Assembly (NCBI GenBank): GCA_965221775.1
Contig: CBDCSU010000005.1
Location: 1,445,180 to 1,509,179, forward strand
Reading direction: 5' to 3'
Source: Candidatus Latescibacterota bacterium
GTDB lineage: Bacteria > Latescibacterota > UBA2968 > UBA8231
Length of the DNA stretch: 64,000 nt
Position numbers and translations under genes: made by a program. The notes under the pieces were generated by a model. It had not been told where the DNA came from. It saw only the letters and a list, made by a program, of their open reading frames with translations, and did not search any database. Shown piece after piece: positions 48,551 through 59,100 of the stretch (positions within the stretch are counted from its first letter, which is position 1; each line of letters begins with the position of its first letter).

Positions 48551-49498
48551 CTAGAAGCGGAAGAAGCCGGTGGCCCGGACCTGCAGGATCGGGTCCGATC
48601 CGTCGGGGAGCTGCACGTGCACGTTCGGCTGCAGGTGGACGCCCGCGGCCGCCTCCCAGTCGAACCCGGCGATGACGAGGCGGTCGCTGCGGCCCCCTTC
48701 CTCCAACGCGTCGAGGCGGGCGAAGACCCACCCGGCGGGAGGCACCGCCGCCGACCCGAAGACGGAGACGCCCGTGAGCCTCTCGTCCTCGGCCAGGCGA
48801 CGGACGCCGACGAAGGGCTCGACCCCGACGCGCAGGCGCTCGCGGGCGAGGCCGATGAGGGCCTTGGCCACGAGGTGGTCCCGGCCCCCGGGGCGCATGT
48901 CCACATCGCCGTAGAGCTCGAAGAGGCCGCCCCCGCCGGACTCGAAGCGGACCGCGGCGTAGAGCTTCTTGCCGTTGTCGTTCTCCGGCCGTTGTCCCGG
49001 GCCGTTGGCGACCATCAGGTGGTAGCCGAGCCCGGCGGCGCGCCCCTTCAGGCTCAGGCCGATGTCGGCGGAGGAGCCGATGCCGTTCAGGTCGAGGATG
49101 GTCTTCTCCACCGACCGGTAGCCCCAGAGCTTCTCGGAGGCCCCCCAGGTCGGCGTGGACGACTCGCCCGCGTAGAGGTCGGCTCCGGCCACCGCCCGGC
49201 GCCAGCGCAGGTAGGCGTGCTTGACGAAGGGCGTCATCCGGCTCCGCTCGCCGAAGCCGGCGTCCCGGGCCTCCAGGCGGACCCGGGCGGCGAAGCGGTC
49301 CGACAGGTCGCGGTCGTAGGTCAGGTAGATGCGCCGGAACTGGAAGGCGTTGCGCCTCTCCAGTCCCGTGCGGTCGTCCGCGGAGACCACGAAGTAGTAG
49401 TCCGCGAAGACGGTGCCGCTCATGGTGCCCCGCTGCCGGGCCTCTGCGCCCGCGGTCAGGAGGGCGCCGACGAGCAGGACGCAGCCGTAGCGTGACAT
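48551..49498 (-). CDS. Outer-membrane porin-like beta-barrel (probably phosphate related)
   Basis: Signal peptide; FQFRRIYLTYD, FVKHAYL, WGYRSVEKT; C-terminal aromatic residues (FFRF); divergent from pstS. Confidence 0.65.
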   Translation of the reverse strand: MSRYGCVLLVGALLTAGAEARQRGTMSGTVFADYYFVVSADDRTGLERRNAFQFRRIYLTYDRDLSDRFAARVRLEARDAGFGERSRMTPFVKHAYLRWRRAVAGADLYAGESSTPTWGASEKLWGYRSVEKTILDLNGIGSSADIGLSLKGRAAGLGYHLMVANGPGQRPENDNGKKLYAAVRFESGGGGLFELYGDVDMRPGGRDHLVAKALIGLARERLRVGVEPFVGVRRLAEDERLTGVSVFGSAAVPPAGWVFARLDALEEGGRSDRLVIAGFDWEAAAGVHLQPNVHVQLPDGSDPILQVRATGFFRF

Positions 49499-49551
49499 GT
49501 GAATCCTCTGATCCTCCGTCGAGTGGCCGTGGGAAGAGCGGGGCGGGCCAA

Positions 49552-49672
49552 GTTACGAAGGCCACGTTACGGAAAGGTCACGAAGGGGCGGAAGTGTGCC
49601 GGGCTGGCCGCGAACGTGAGCCGATGTCGCGCCGGACACCGAATCGTAACACGAAGGTGACTCCCATGTGAC
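49552..49672. promoter_or_regulatory. Pho-box-like direct repeats in the divergent porin/pstS promoter
   Basis: Plus strand GTAAC 49646, GTGAC 49657, GTGAC 49668 (11-bp period); the same motif on the minus strand at 49577, 49566 (11 bp apart) and 49552. Confidence 0.65.
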
Positions 49673-49729
49673 GCGAGGTTGTAGCTTCGTTTACAGCGGC
49701 AGCGCAGATCAACCACAACAGGAGGAATC

Positions 49730-50704
49730 ATGAGCCCCCCGTCGCCGAAGATCCTGGCCCTGTGCCTGCTCGGCACGGCCGTTTCCCTCGAGGCCCAGGC
49801 CGTGGAGGTGGACAGCCGGATCCAGCCGTATCAGAAGGCGAGCGGCATCTCGGGAAGCGCCAGCAGCATCGGCTCGGACACGATGAACAACCTGATGGCC
49901 CTGTGGCTGGAGGGCTTTCGCAGACACTATCCCAACGTCCGCATCCAGATCGAGGGCAAGGGCTCGAGCACGGCGCCGCCGGCCCTGATCGAGGGCACGG
50001 CGCAGTTCGGCCCCATGTCGAGAGCGATGAAGTCCACGGAGAAGGACAAGTTCGAGGAGAGGTTCGGCTACCCCCCGACGCCGCTGCGGACCTCCCTCGA
50101 CGCGCTGGCGGTCTTCGTCAACAAGGACAACCCCCTCGAGGGCCTGACCCTGCCCCAGGTCGATGCGGTGTTCTCCAAGACCCGGCGCGGCGGCCACGGC
50201 GAACCGATCGCCCGCTGGGGGCAGCTCGGGCTGGGCGGCGAGTGGGCCACGGCCCGGATCAGCCTCTACGGGCGCAACTCGGCCTCCGGCACCTACGGCT
50301 TCTTCAAGAGCGTCGCCCTGTTCAAGGGCGACTACCGCGACGAGGTCAAGGAGCAGCCCGGCTCCGCCTCCGTCGTCCAGGGCGTCACCGAGGACCGCTA
50401 CGGCGTCGGCTACAGCGGCATCGGCTACCGGACCTCCGGCGTGCGCGTCGTGCCCCTGGCCGAGGCGGAGGAGATGCCCTTCGAGGACGCTTCCCTGGCC
50501 AACGTCCTCGACGGCTCCTACCCGCTGGGCCGCTTCCTCTATCTCTACGTCAACAAGACCCCCGGCGAGCCCCTGGATCCGCTGGTGCGCGAGTTCGCCC
50601 GCTTCGTGTTCTCCAGGGAAGGCCAGGAGATCGTCATCAAGGACGGGTACATGCCCGTGCCCTTCGAGGTCGTCGTCGAAGAGCTCGCGATGCTGGGGGA
50701 GTGA
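49730..50704 (+). CDS. pstS: Phosphate ABC transporter substrate-binding protein
   Basis: GSDTM, GKGSSTAPPAL, MSR, GRNSASGTY, YPLGRFLYLY. Confidence 0.93.
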   Translation: MSPPSPKILALCLLGTAVSLEAQAVEVDSRIQPYQKASGISGSASSIGSDTMNNLMALWLEGFRRHYPNVRIQIEGKGSSTAPPALIEGTAQFGPMSRAMKSTEKDKFEERFGYPPTPLRTSLDALAVFVNKDNPLEGLTLPQVDAVFSKTRRGGHGEPIARWGQLGLGGEWATARISLYGRNSASGTYGFFKSVALFKGDYRDEVKEQPGSASVVQGVTEDRYGVGYSGIGYRTSGVRVVPLAEAEEMPFEDASLANVLDGSYPLGRFLYLYVNKTPGEPLDPLVREFARFVFSREGQEIVIKDGYMPVPFEVVVEELAMLGE

Positions 50705-50716
50705 CCGCCGACCGGG

Positions 50717-52912
50717 ATGGTTCGACCGACCAAGCACGAGAGACTGAACCGGCGGGTCCGGTTCTACGACCGGCTCGGGCGGCTGGTGATCGCGGCGGGC
50801 GGCATCGGCATCATCGCCGCCGTCCTCGGCATCTTCGTGTTCATCGGCCGCGAGACGGCGCCTCTCTTCCGGCCCGCACGGGTGCAGCCGGGGGCCGGAG
50901 AGCTGGCCCCGCCGGGCGCGGGCGTGCTGCTGGCCGCGGTCGATCCGTACCGCGAGGTCCTGCTCGCGGTGGACGCGAACGGCCTCCGGTTCGCCGACAT
51001 CGCCACCTCCACCCCTCTCGCCGTGGAGACGCCGGCCCTCGGCGGCGCCGCGGTCACCGCCGCCGACCGCTCCCCTGACGGCCGCGTCGCCCTCGGCCTG
51101 AGCGACGGCCGCATCCAGGCGGTGCGCGTCGTCTTCGAACCCACCTACGGCGGCGGCCGCCGCGTCGTGCGTCCCCGCGTGCACCTGGAGGAGGAGGTCC
51201 GGCTGCTCCCCGGGGCCCCCTCCTCGGTGGTCTACCGCCACGACGGCGGGCGGCGCTCGGCCATGGCCGCCGTCGGCGATTCCGGACGGCTGGTCGTCCG
51301 TACCGCCCGCTGGCGAACCACCCCGATGGGGGCCGCCCGAGGGCGGGCCTCCACCCACGACCTGGCGCTGACCGCAGCGGTCACCGCGGTCGCCCTCGAC
51401 GGCTCGGCCCGGGAGCTGGCGGTGGGCACCGCCGACGGCCGCGTGCAGGTGTGGGCCCTCGCCGAGGCAGGCCCCCCCCGGCTCGAGGAGGCTTTCGAGG
51501 CCGGCGCGGCGGTCACCGCCCTGGCCTACATCCTCGGCGACCTCTCCCTCGTGGTGGGCGACGCCGGCGGCGGCGTCCACACCTGGTTCCGCGTCGGCGC
51601 CGGGGGGGATCGCCGGTTCCGGCGCATCCACGAGCTGGCCCGCCACGACGCCGCGGTCCTCGCCGCGGCCCCGTCGCAGCGGGACAAGCAGTTCCTCACC
51701 GCCGACGGGTCCGGCGCCGTCGCCCTGCACCACGCCACCACCGAACAGACCTTCTGGCGCCAGGACCTGGGCCGGGTCCCGGTCCGCCAGCTGACCTTCG
51801 CGCCCAAGGCGGACGGGTTCCTGGCCGTCCTCGGGGACGGCCGCATCCTCGACTACGACATCGACAATCCCCACCCCGAGGTCACCTGGAAATCGCTCTT
51901 CGGGCGCGTCTGGTACGAGGGCTACGACGCGGCCCGGCACGTCTGGCAGTCGACGGGGGGAACCGACGAGTTCGAGCCGAAGCTGAGCCTGGTGCCCCTG
52001 ATCTTCGGCACCGCCAAGGGCACGCTCTACGCCATGCTCTTCGCCCTGCCCCTGGCGGTGCTGGCGGCGATCTACACCGCCGAGTTCGCCACGCCGGCAG
52101 TGCGCAACACCGTCAAGCCCACGGTGGAGATCATGGCCTCGCTGCCGAGCGTGATCCTGGGGTTCCTCGCCGGCCTGTGGCTGGCGCCCCTGCTCGAGCA
52201 CCACGTCGTCGGCACCGCCCTGGCCCTCCTCTTCGTGCCGCTCCTCGTCGTCGCCGGCGCCTGGGGGTGGCGCCGGCTGCCGCGCCGGGTCCGCGCCCAC
52301 CTGCCTGCCAACGCCGAGCTGATCGCCCTGCTGCTGCTGACCGCCGCCGGCGGCGCCCTGGCCCTGTGGCTCGGCCCCGCCCTCGAGGGAGCCCTCTTCG
52401 AGGGCGGCCTGGCGCGCTGGCTGTCGGCCGAGACCGCTCTGCGCTACGACCAGCGCAACTGCCTGGTCATCGGCTTCGCCATGGGATTCGCCGTCATCCC
52501 CCTGATCTTCAGCATCTGCGAGGACGCCCTGGCGAGCGTGCCGGCGAGCCTCAAGGCCGGTTCCCTGGCCCTCGGCGCCACCCGCTGGCAGACGGCCGCG
52601 CGAGTTGTCCTGCCCATGGCCCTGCCCGGCGTGTTCTCGGCGGCCATGATCGGTTTCGGCCGCGCCGTGGGCGAGACCATGATCGTGCTCATGGCCACGG
52701 GCAACACGCCGGTCATGGAGTGGAGCATCTTCACCGGCATGCGCACGATCTCGGCGAACATCGCCGTGGAGCTGCCGGAGGCGCCGCACCAGGGCACGCT
52801 CTACCGCGTGCTCTTCCTCAGCGGCCTGCTGCTGTTCCTCGTGACCTTCGCGGTCAACACCGCGGCCGAGGAGATCCGCCTGCGGCTGCGCGAGAAGTAT
52901 CGACGGGTATGA
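50717..52912 (+). CDS. pstC: Phosphate ABC permease, long form with WD40-like periplasmic domain
   Basis: VWYEGY..WQSTGG, KPTVEIMASLPSV, GSLALGATRWQT, GRAVGETM. Confidence 0.9.
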   Translation: MVRPTKHERLNRRVRFYDRLGRLVIAAGGIGIIAAVLGIFVFIGRETAPLFRPARVQPGAGELAPPGAGVLLAAVDPYREVLLAVDANGLRFADIATSTPLAVETPALGGAAVTAADRSPDGRVALGLSDGRIQAVRVVFEPTYGGGRRVVRPRVHLEEEVRLLPGAPSSVVYRHDGGRRSAMAAVGDSGRLVVRTARWRTTPMGAARGRASTHDLALTAAVTAVALDGSARELAVGTADGRVQVWALAEAGPPRLEEAFEAGAAVTALAYILGDLSLVVGDAGGGVHTWFRVGAGGDRRFRRIHELARHDAAVLAAAPSQRDKQFLTADGSGAVALHHATTEQTFWRQDLGRVPVRQLTFAPKADGFLAVLGDGRILDYDIDNPHPEVTWKSLFGRVWYEGYDAARHVWQSTGGTDEFEPKLSLVPLIFGTAKGTLYAMLFALPLAVLAAIYTAEFATPAVRNTVKPTVEIMASLPSVILGFLAGLWLAPLLEHHVVGTALALLFVPLLVVAGAWGWRRLPRRVRAHLPANAELIALLLLTAAGGALALWLGPALEGALFEGGLARWLSAETALRYDQRNCLVIGFAMGFAVIPLIFSICEDALASVPASLKAGSLALGATRWQTAARVVLPMALPGVFSAAMIGFGRAVGETMIVLMATGNTPVMEWSIFTGMRTISANIAVELPEAPHQGTLYRVLFLSGLLLFLVTFAVNTAAEEIRLRLREKYRRV

Positions 52913-54507
52913 GAGGCTTCTTCCGGTCCGGCGAACCGTTCATCTGGCTGGCGGGCAGCGCCCTGGCCCTGTGCCTGGTGATGATCGGCGGGCTGGTGGT
53001 GGTGGTCGTCGTCAACGGGCTGGGGTTCTTCTGGCCGAGCGATCTGGAGCGTCTCGAGCTGACCGACGGCCAGGTCCTCCTGGCCCGGACCGTCGACCGC
53101 CAGGAGATCCCCGGCCAGCCGGGGGCCTTCCGGGTGCAGGCCAAGGTCGGCAACCGCGACCTCTACGGCCTCGACTTCCGCTGGATCGACGAGGCGGAAA
53201 TCGCCGGGCGGCAGCGGCCGGCGGCGGCGGCCGTCTTCGAGCGCCTGGAGTGGGGTGACGCCCACGGCTACCTGCGCCGGGTCGAGAGAGCGGGGGTCAG
53301 CCTCGGGGAAGGCGGCCGCGCCTGGGAGGCGCTGCACCGGGCGCGGACGGAGACGGCGGCGCTGCAGGAGCGGATCGAGGCGTTGGCGGCCGGCGAGCTC
53401 GGAGCGGTCAACGCCGAGATCGAAGCCCTGCGCCTCGACCGCCGGCGGCTGGAGATGTCGGGAGCCCCGGCCGGGGCCCTCGCCGAGGTCGACAGGCGCC
53501 GCGACCACCTCTGGGAACGCTACGAAGAGCTGGCCGCGGACCTGGCCGGTCTGCGGGACCGGAGCGAGCGCTACGTGGCCTTTCTCCAGATCGACGGCGG
53601 CGCCGAGCGCCCCCTCAAGGTGGCCCACGTGGTGCGCGCCTATCGTCCCAACGACATGGGCCCGGCCGCCAAGACCGGTCTCTACGCGGAGAAGGTCTGG
53701 GAGTTCCTCGCCGGCGAGCCCCGCGAGTCGAACACCGAAGGGGGGATCTTCCCGGCCCTCTTCGGCACGGTGATGATGGTCCTGCTCATGACCCTGGCGG
53801 TGGTGCCCTTCGGCGTGCTGGCGGCCCTCTACCTTCGCGAGTACGCCCGCCAGGGCCTCCTCGTGCGCGCCGTGCGCATCGCCGTGAACAACCTCGCCGG
53901 CGTGCCCTCCATCGTCTTCGGCATGTTCGGCCTCGGGTTCTTCGTCTACGGCGTGGGCGGCACCATCGACCTCATCTTCTATCCGGAGTCGCTGCCGACG
54001 CCGACCTTCGGCACCGGCGGCATCCTGTGGGCCTCGCTGACCCTCGCCCTGTTGACCCTCCCCGTGGTGATCGTGGCCACGGAGGAAGCCCTGGCCTCGG
54101 TGCCCATGGGCCTGCGCGAGGGCTCCCTGGCCCTGGGCTCGACGAAGCTGCAGATGATCTGGCGGGTGCTGCTGCCCAGCGCCCTGCCCGGAATCCTCAC
54201 GGGGGTGATCCTGGCCACCGCGAGAGGCGCGGGCGAGGTGGCGCCCCTGATGATCACGGGTGTGGTGAAACTGGCGCCGGACCTGCCCTTGGACGGTATC
54301 TTCCCGTTCCTGCATCTGGAACGGAAGTTCATGCACCTCGGCTTCCACATCTACGACGTCGGTTTCCAGTCGCCCAACGTCGAGGCGGCGCGGCCCATGG
54401 TCTACACCACGACCTTCCTCCTCCTCGTGGTCGTCCTCATCCTCAACCTCACCGCGATCGTCGTGCGCAGCAGGCTGCGCAAGCGATACGCCATGACCGC
54501 CTTCTGA
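52909..54507 (+). CDS. pstA: Phosphate ABC permease, long form
   Basis: [42 protein letters not shown]. Confidence 0.92.
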   Translation: MRGFFRSGEPFIWLAGSALALCLVMIGGLVVVVVVNGLGFFWPSDLERLELTDGQVLLARTVDRQEIPGQPGAFRVQAKVGNRDLYGLDFRWIDEAEIAGRQRPAAAAVFERLEWGDAHGYLRRVERAGVSLGEGGRAWEALHRARTETAALQERIEALAAGELGAVNAEIEALRLDRRRLEMSGAPAGALAEVDRRRDHLWERYEELAADLAGLRDRSERYVAFLQIDGGAERPLKVAHVVRAYRPNDMGPAAKTGLYAEKVWEFLAGEPRESNTEGGIFPALFGTVMMVLLMTLAVVPFGVLAALYLREYARQGLLVRAVRIAVNNLAGVPSIVFGMFGLGFFVYGVGGTIDLIFYPESLPTPTFGTGGILWASLTLALLTLPVVIVATEEALASVPMGLREGSLALGSTKLQMIWRVLLPSALPGILTGVILATARGAGEVAPLMITGVVKLAPDLPLDGIFPFLHLERKFMHLGFHIYDVGFQSPNVEAARPMVYTTTFLLLVVVLILNLTAIVVRSRLRKRYAMTAF

Positions 54508-54515
54508 GGCCCGGA

Positions 54516-55316
54516 ATGCCGCGGATTCCCGAGATCCCCGAGACGGCGACGGTGGCGATCGACAGCCCCGTGGTCACGGTGCGCGACCTGAGCCTGCACT
54601 ACGGTTCGACCCAGGCCCTGTTCGGCGTCGGCCTCGACGTGCCCGAGAGGCAGGTGACCGCTCTGATCGGCCCGTCGGGGTGCGGCAAGTCGACCCTCCT
54701 GCGCTGTCTCAACCGGCTGAACGACCTGATCGACGGCGTCACCATCTCCGGCCGGGTGACGCTGCAGGGCGACGACATCTACCACCCCGCCTACGACGTG
54801 ATCGAGCTGAGACGGCGGGTGGGGATGGTCTTCCAGAAATCCAACCCCTTCCCCAAGTCGATCTACGAGAACGTCGCCTACGGCCTGCGCATCGCCGGCG
54901 AGACCGACCGCCGCGTCCTCGACGATGCGGTGGAGAGCGGCCTCCGGTCCGCGGCCCTGTGGGACGAGGTGAAGGACCGCCTGCAGGAGAGCGCCATCGA
55001 CCTCTCCGGCGGCCAGCAGCAGCGCCTGTGCATCGCCCGGGCCCTGGCCGTCTCCCCCTCGGTGGTGCTCATGGACGAGCCCTGCTCGGCCCTGGACCCG
55101 ACCGCCACCTCGAGGGTGGAGGAGACGATCGCCGAGCTGAAGGAGCGCTACACCATCGTCATCGTCACCCACAACATGCAGCAGGCCTCCCGGGTCTCCG
55201 ACTACACGGCGTTCTTCTACCTCGGCCGGCTCGTGGAGATGGATCACACCGAGCGCGTCTTCACCAACCCCAGACTGCGCCAGACCGAGGACTACGTCTC
55301 CGGGCGCTTTGGCTGA
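54516..55316 (+). CDS. pstB: Phosphate ABC transporter ATP-binding protein
   Basis: [49 protein letters not shown]. Confidence 0.96.
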   Translation: MPRIPEIPETATVAIDSPVVTVRDLSLHYGSTQALFGVGLDVPERQVTALIGPSGCGKSTLLRCLNRLNDLIDGVTISGRVTLQGDDIYHPAYDVIELRRRVGMVFQKSNPFPKSIYENVAYGLRIAGETDRRVLDDAVESGLRSAALWDEVKDRLQESAIDLSGGQQQRLCIARALAVSPSVVLMDEPCSALDPTATSRVEETIAELKERYTIVIVTHNMQQASRVSDYTAFFYLGRLVEMDHTERVFTNPRLRQTEDYVSGRFG

Positions 55317-55327
55317 TCGAGGTGAAC

Positions 55328-55993
55328 ATGGAACGGCAGCTTGACCACCAGCTCGACGAGCTCCGCGGCGAGTTCCTGCGGATGGGCGCCGCCGTGGAGG
55401 CGTCGATCGCCCAGGCGATCCGCTCCCTGACGGAGCGCAGCGACGAGGTGGCCCGCGAGGCGATCGCCAGCAACGACGTGATCGACGCCTGGGAGGTGGA
55501 GATCGAGGAGAAGATCCTCACCCTGCTGGCGACCCATCAGCCGGTGGCCCGCGATCTGAGGCTGGTGGCGACGATGATGAAGATCAACTACGACCTGGAG
55601 CGGATGAACGATCAGGCGGTGAACATCGCCCAGCGGGCCCTGGAGCTCAACAGGCTCCCCCTGCTCAAGCCCCTGATCGACATCCCGCGCATGGCCGACG
55701 TCGCCCAGGGCATGGTGAAGGACGCCCTCGACGCCTTCGTCAAGCTCGACCCGGAGCTGGCCCGGCAGGTCTGCCGGCGCGACGACGAGCTCGATCTGTT
55801 GCGCGACCAGATCTTCCGCGAGCTGCTGACCTACATGCGCGGAGGCCAGCCGGACACGGTGGACCGGGCCATCCACCTGATCCTCGTGTCGCGGCACCTC
55901 GAGCGCATCGGCGACCACAGCGCCAACATCTCCGAGAACACCGTGTTCCTGGCGGAGGGCCGGATCATCCGCCACCAGAAGGACCCCAAATGA
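55328..55993 (+). CDS. phoU: Phosphate signalling protein PhoU
   Basis: QPVARDLR, DLERMND, HLERIGDH. Confidence 0.95.
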   Translation: MERQLDHQLDELRGEFLRMGAAVEASIAQAIRSLTERSDEVAREAIASNDVIDAWEVEIEEKILTLLATHQPVARDLRLVATMMKINYDLERMNDQAVNIAQRALELNRLPLLKPLIDIPRMADVAQGMVKDALDAFVKLDPELARQVCRRDDELDLLRDQIFRELLTYMRGGQPDTVDRAIHLILVSRHLERIGDHSANISENTVFLAEGRIIRHQKDPK

Positions 55994-56691
55994 GCGAACG
56001 CATCCTCGTCGTGGAGGACGAGCCCGACATCGTCGAGCTCGTCTCCTACAACCTGCGGCAGGCCGGCATGGCGGTGGAGGCCGCCGAGGACGGCGAAGCC
56101 GCCCTCGAGATGGCGGAGCAGAGCCAGCCGAACCTGATCATCCTCGACCTGATGCTGCCGGGGATCGACGGCCTCGAGGTCTGCCGACTGCTGAAGCAGC
56201 GGGTCTCGGTGCGCGACATCCCCGTCCTCATGCTGACCTCGAAGGCGGAGGAGGTGGACCGCATCGTCGGCCTCGAGCTGGGCGCCGACGACTATGTCGT
56301 GAAGCCCTTCTCGCCCCGCGAGCTCGTCCTGCGGGTGAAGGCGATCCTGAGACGCTCCCGGGAGGCGCCGGCGGCGGCGGCGGGCTCGGCGGACCGCATC
56401 ACCGCCGGGCCGCTGACCGTCGATCCCGAGGGCCACCACGCCTTCGTCGACGGCCGGCCCCTGAGTCTGACCGCCACCGAGTTCAAGCTGCTCCTGACCC
56501 TCCTTCAGCGGCGCGGCCGCGTACAGAGCCGCGAGGAGCTGCTCAACGTGGTGTGGGGGTACCAGTACTCGGGGTACGGCCGCACCGTGGACACCCACAT
56601 CCGCAGGCTTCGCGAGAAGCTCGGCGGCGCCCATCTCCTGGTGGAGACGGTTCGAGGGGTGGGCTACCGGTTCCGCCGGGACCTGGGCTGA
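55990..56691 (+). CDS. phoB: OmpR/PhoB-family response regulator
   Basis: VVEDE, LDLMLPG, GADDYVVKPFS, RTVDTHIRRLREK, TVRGVGY; directly follows phoU. Confidence 0.88.
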   Translation: MSERILVVEDEPDIVELVSYNLRQAGMAVEAAEDGEAALEMAEQSQPNLIILDLMLPGIDGLEVCRLLKQRVSVRDIPVLMLTSKAEEVDRIVGLELGADDYVVKPFSPRELVLRVKAILRRSREAPAAAAGSADRITAGPLTVDPEGHHAFVDGRPLSLTATEFKLLLTLLQRRGRVQSREELLNVVWGYQYSGYGRTVDTHIRRLREKLGGAHLLVETVRGVGYRFRRDLG

Positions 56692-56715
56692 CCGCTGCCG
56701 CCGGGGGCCCGGAGC

Positions 56716-58170
56716 GTGGGTGTGCGACTGCACTGGCAGCTGGCCATGGGCGGCGCCGTCCTGGCCGTGGGCGTGCTCCTCCTCTGCCACCTCTACGCCG
56801 GGCCAGGCGACGGCGCCCGCAACCGGCTCACCGATCCCCTGTTCATCCTCTGCGCCGCCCTCGCCGGCGGCGGCGGCGGCCTGGCCATGGGCGTCGTCCT
56901 GGCGCGTCCCCTGCGCGGCGTGGTGGACGCCGTGCGGACCATGGCCGACGGCGGCCCGGGCGCCTGGACGCCCCCCCGGCTGTCGCCGACGGAGCTGTTG
57001 GAGTTGCAGCGGGCCCTCGGCGAGCTCCACGCCCGGCAGGGACGGGACACCTCGGAGCTGCGCGGCGAGATCGAACGGCTCGAGGTCATTCTCGACAGCA
57101 TCACCGAAGGCATCCTGGTCACCGACGGCGACGGCCGCGTGCTCGTGGCGAACCGCGCCCTGCGCGACCTCTACGGCCTGACCGGGCCCCCCCTGGGGCG
57201 CAGGATGGTCGAGGCGGTGCGCAACGCCGTCGTCAGCGACGCCATCGAGGACGCCCTCGCCGGCCGCGGTCCCACCTCCTGCGAGATCAGCGAGGGCACG
57301 GGGACGCCCCGCTACCTCGACGTCCACACGGCGCCGCTCCCGGGGCCGGAGGGGGTCTCCGGCACCGTCACCGTGTTCTACGAGATCACCCGCCTGCGCC
57401 GCCTGGAGCGGATGCGCGAGGACTTCGTGGCCAACGTCTCCCACGAGCTGCGCACGCCGCTGACGGCGATCAAGGGCTGCGCCGAGACCCTGGCCGACGG
57501 CGCCCTCGGGGACCCGGCCGCGGCCCGGCGCTTCGTCGACGTCATCGCCAACCACGCCGACCGCCTGACGACCCTGCTGAACGATCTGCTCGACCTGGCC
57601 CGCCTCGAGTCCGAGCAGACGACGCTGGAGCCCACCGAGACACCGGTCGCCCGGCTGGTGGAGACCGCCCGGGACGCGGTCTCCAAGGTCGCCGCCGACA
57701 AGGGGATCCGGCTCGAGGCGGCGGTGCCCGACGGGCTGGCGGTGCGCTGCGACCGCCGGCTCATCGAGCAGGCCCTGATCAACCTCGTGGACAACGCCGT
57801 CAAGTACACCGCCGAGGGGGGCGCCGTGCGCATATCCGCCCGCCGGCTCCCCCGGCCGCGGGCGGAGACCGAGCTGGCCGGCCGCGGCTGGAGCAGTCCC
57901 ACCGTGAGCTGGACGGACGGCGAGGAGGGCCTCGATGCCGTGGTGGTCGAGGTGGCGGACACGGGGATCGGGATCCCCTCGGACGAGGTGGGGCGCGTCT
58001 TCGAGCGGTTCTACCGGGTCGACAAGGGGCGCTCCCGCGTCCTGGGGGGCACCGGTCTCGGTCTTTCGATCGTGCGCCACATCGTCGAGCTCCACGGCGA
58101 GCGGGTCTTCGTCGACACCGATCTGGGCCGCGGATCGACCTTCGGACTCACCTTGCGGGCCGTCTCCTGA
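56716..58170 (+). CDS. phoR: PAS-domain sensor histidine kinase
   Basis: FVANVSHELRTPLT, NLVDNAVKY, DTGIGI, FERFYRVDKGRSR, GTGLGL. Confidence 0.88.
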   Translation: MGVRLHWQLAMGGAVLAVGVLLLCHLYAGPGDGARNRLTDPLFILCAALAGGGGGLAMGVVLARPLRGVVDAVRTMADGGPGAWTPPRLSPTELLELQRALGELHARQGRDTSELRGEIERLEVILDSITEGILVTDGDGRVLVANRALRDLYGLTGPPLGRRMVEAVRNAVVSDAIEDALAGRGPTSCEISEGTGTPRYLDVHTAPLPGPEGVSGTVTVFYEITRLRRLERMREDFVANVSHELRTPLTAIKGCAETLADGALGDPAAARRFVDVIANHADRLTTLLNDLLDLARLESEQTTLEPTETPVARLVETARDAVSKVAADKGIRLEAAVPDGLAVRCDRRLIEQALINLVDNAVKYTAEGGAVRISARRLPRPRAETELAGRGWSSPTVSWTDGEEGLDAVVVEVADTGIGIPSDEVGRVFERFYRVDKGRSRVLGGTGLGLSIVRHIVELHGERVFVDTDLGRGSTFGLTLRAVS

Positions 58171-58281
58171 GCGGCGCCGGCGCGTCCCGCCGCCGCGGCG
58201 ACAGGCCGTAGACTTGCCGTTTTCGGTCCCCTATCTTCTCCCCTCCGCAGCGAGCACCTCTCCCCGCCCCGAGCAGCCGCC

Positions 58282-59085
58282 TTGTCCTCGACCTTCGCCG
58301 TCGTCCTGCCCTACTACAACGAGCAGGACTTTCTCCCCCGCACCCTGCGATCGTGGCTGAACCAGGGCCGCCGCCCCGATCAGCTGATCCTGGTCGACAA
58401 CGGCTCCACCGACCGCTCCGCCGAGATCTGCCGCCGACTGGTCGGCACTCCGGGTGACCTGGAGGTCATCCACACGAGGGAGGACCGGGCCGGCAAGACC
58501 AACGCCCTCGAGACCGGCTGCGCCCGCGTCACCTGCGACTTCGTCGTCCTCTCCGACGCCGACACCTGGTACCCGCCCCACTACATCGAGACCTGCGCCC
58601 GCCTGGCCGCCGAGGCGTCCCCCGGGGTGGTCTGCCTCATGGCCCTGCCCGCCAACGAGAACCCGTGCGGCCCGTCTTCCCGCCTCCGGCGGGGGGCGCG
58701 CGTCGCCCTGTCCCGGGTCTTCAGCCGCCAGGGCTTCGTCGGCGGCTACGGCCAGGTGATGCGCGCCGAAGCGCTGCGCAAGGCCGGCGGCTTCTCCACC
58801 CGCCACTGGAACTACGTCCTCCTCGACCACGAGATCCTCAACCGCATCTTCCGCTACGGCCACAGCCTCTACCACATGGACCTGTGGTGCGTCCCCTCCC
58901 CCCGGCGCAGCGATCGCCGGCGCGTGCGCTGGAACCTCTTCGAGCGCTGCCTCTACCACCTGACGCCCTACCGCCTGCAGGACTGGTACTTCTACGGCTT
59001 CCTCGGCCCCCGGTTCGAGCGCCGGAACCTGAGCCAGCTCAACCTCCGCGAACAGCCCTGGCAGACCTCCGGCGCCCCCCTGTAG
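58282..59085 (+). CDS. Glycosyltransferase family 2
   Basis: LPYYNE, VDNGSTD, DAD, GGF, DHE; possible TAGACT-N17-TATCTT promoter at 58209-58237. Confidence 0.85.
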   Translation: MSSTFAVVLPYYNEQDFLPRTLRSWLNQGRRPDQLILVDNGSTDRSAEICRRLVGTPGDLEVIHTREDRAGKTNALETGCARVTCDFVVLSDADTWYPPHYIETCARLAAEASPGVVCLMALPANENPCGPSSRLRRGARVALSRVFSRQGFVGGYGQVMRAEALRKAGGFSTRHWNYVLLDHEILNRIFRYGHSLYHMDLWCVPSPRRSDRRRVRWNLFERCLYHLTPYRLQDWYFYGFLGPRFERRNLSQLNLREQPWQTSGAPL

Positions 59086-59100
59086 GCTGGCCGCCCTGAC

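Noticed and set aside
50717-54507. Extra-long PstC/PstA as novel fusions
   Set aside because: Long forms with periplasmic extensions are already known in other Gram-negative pst operons.
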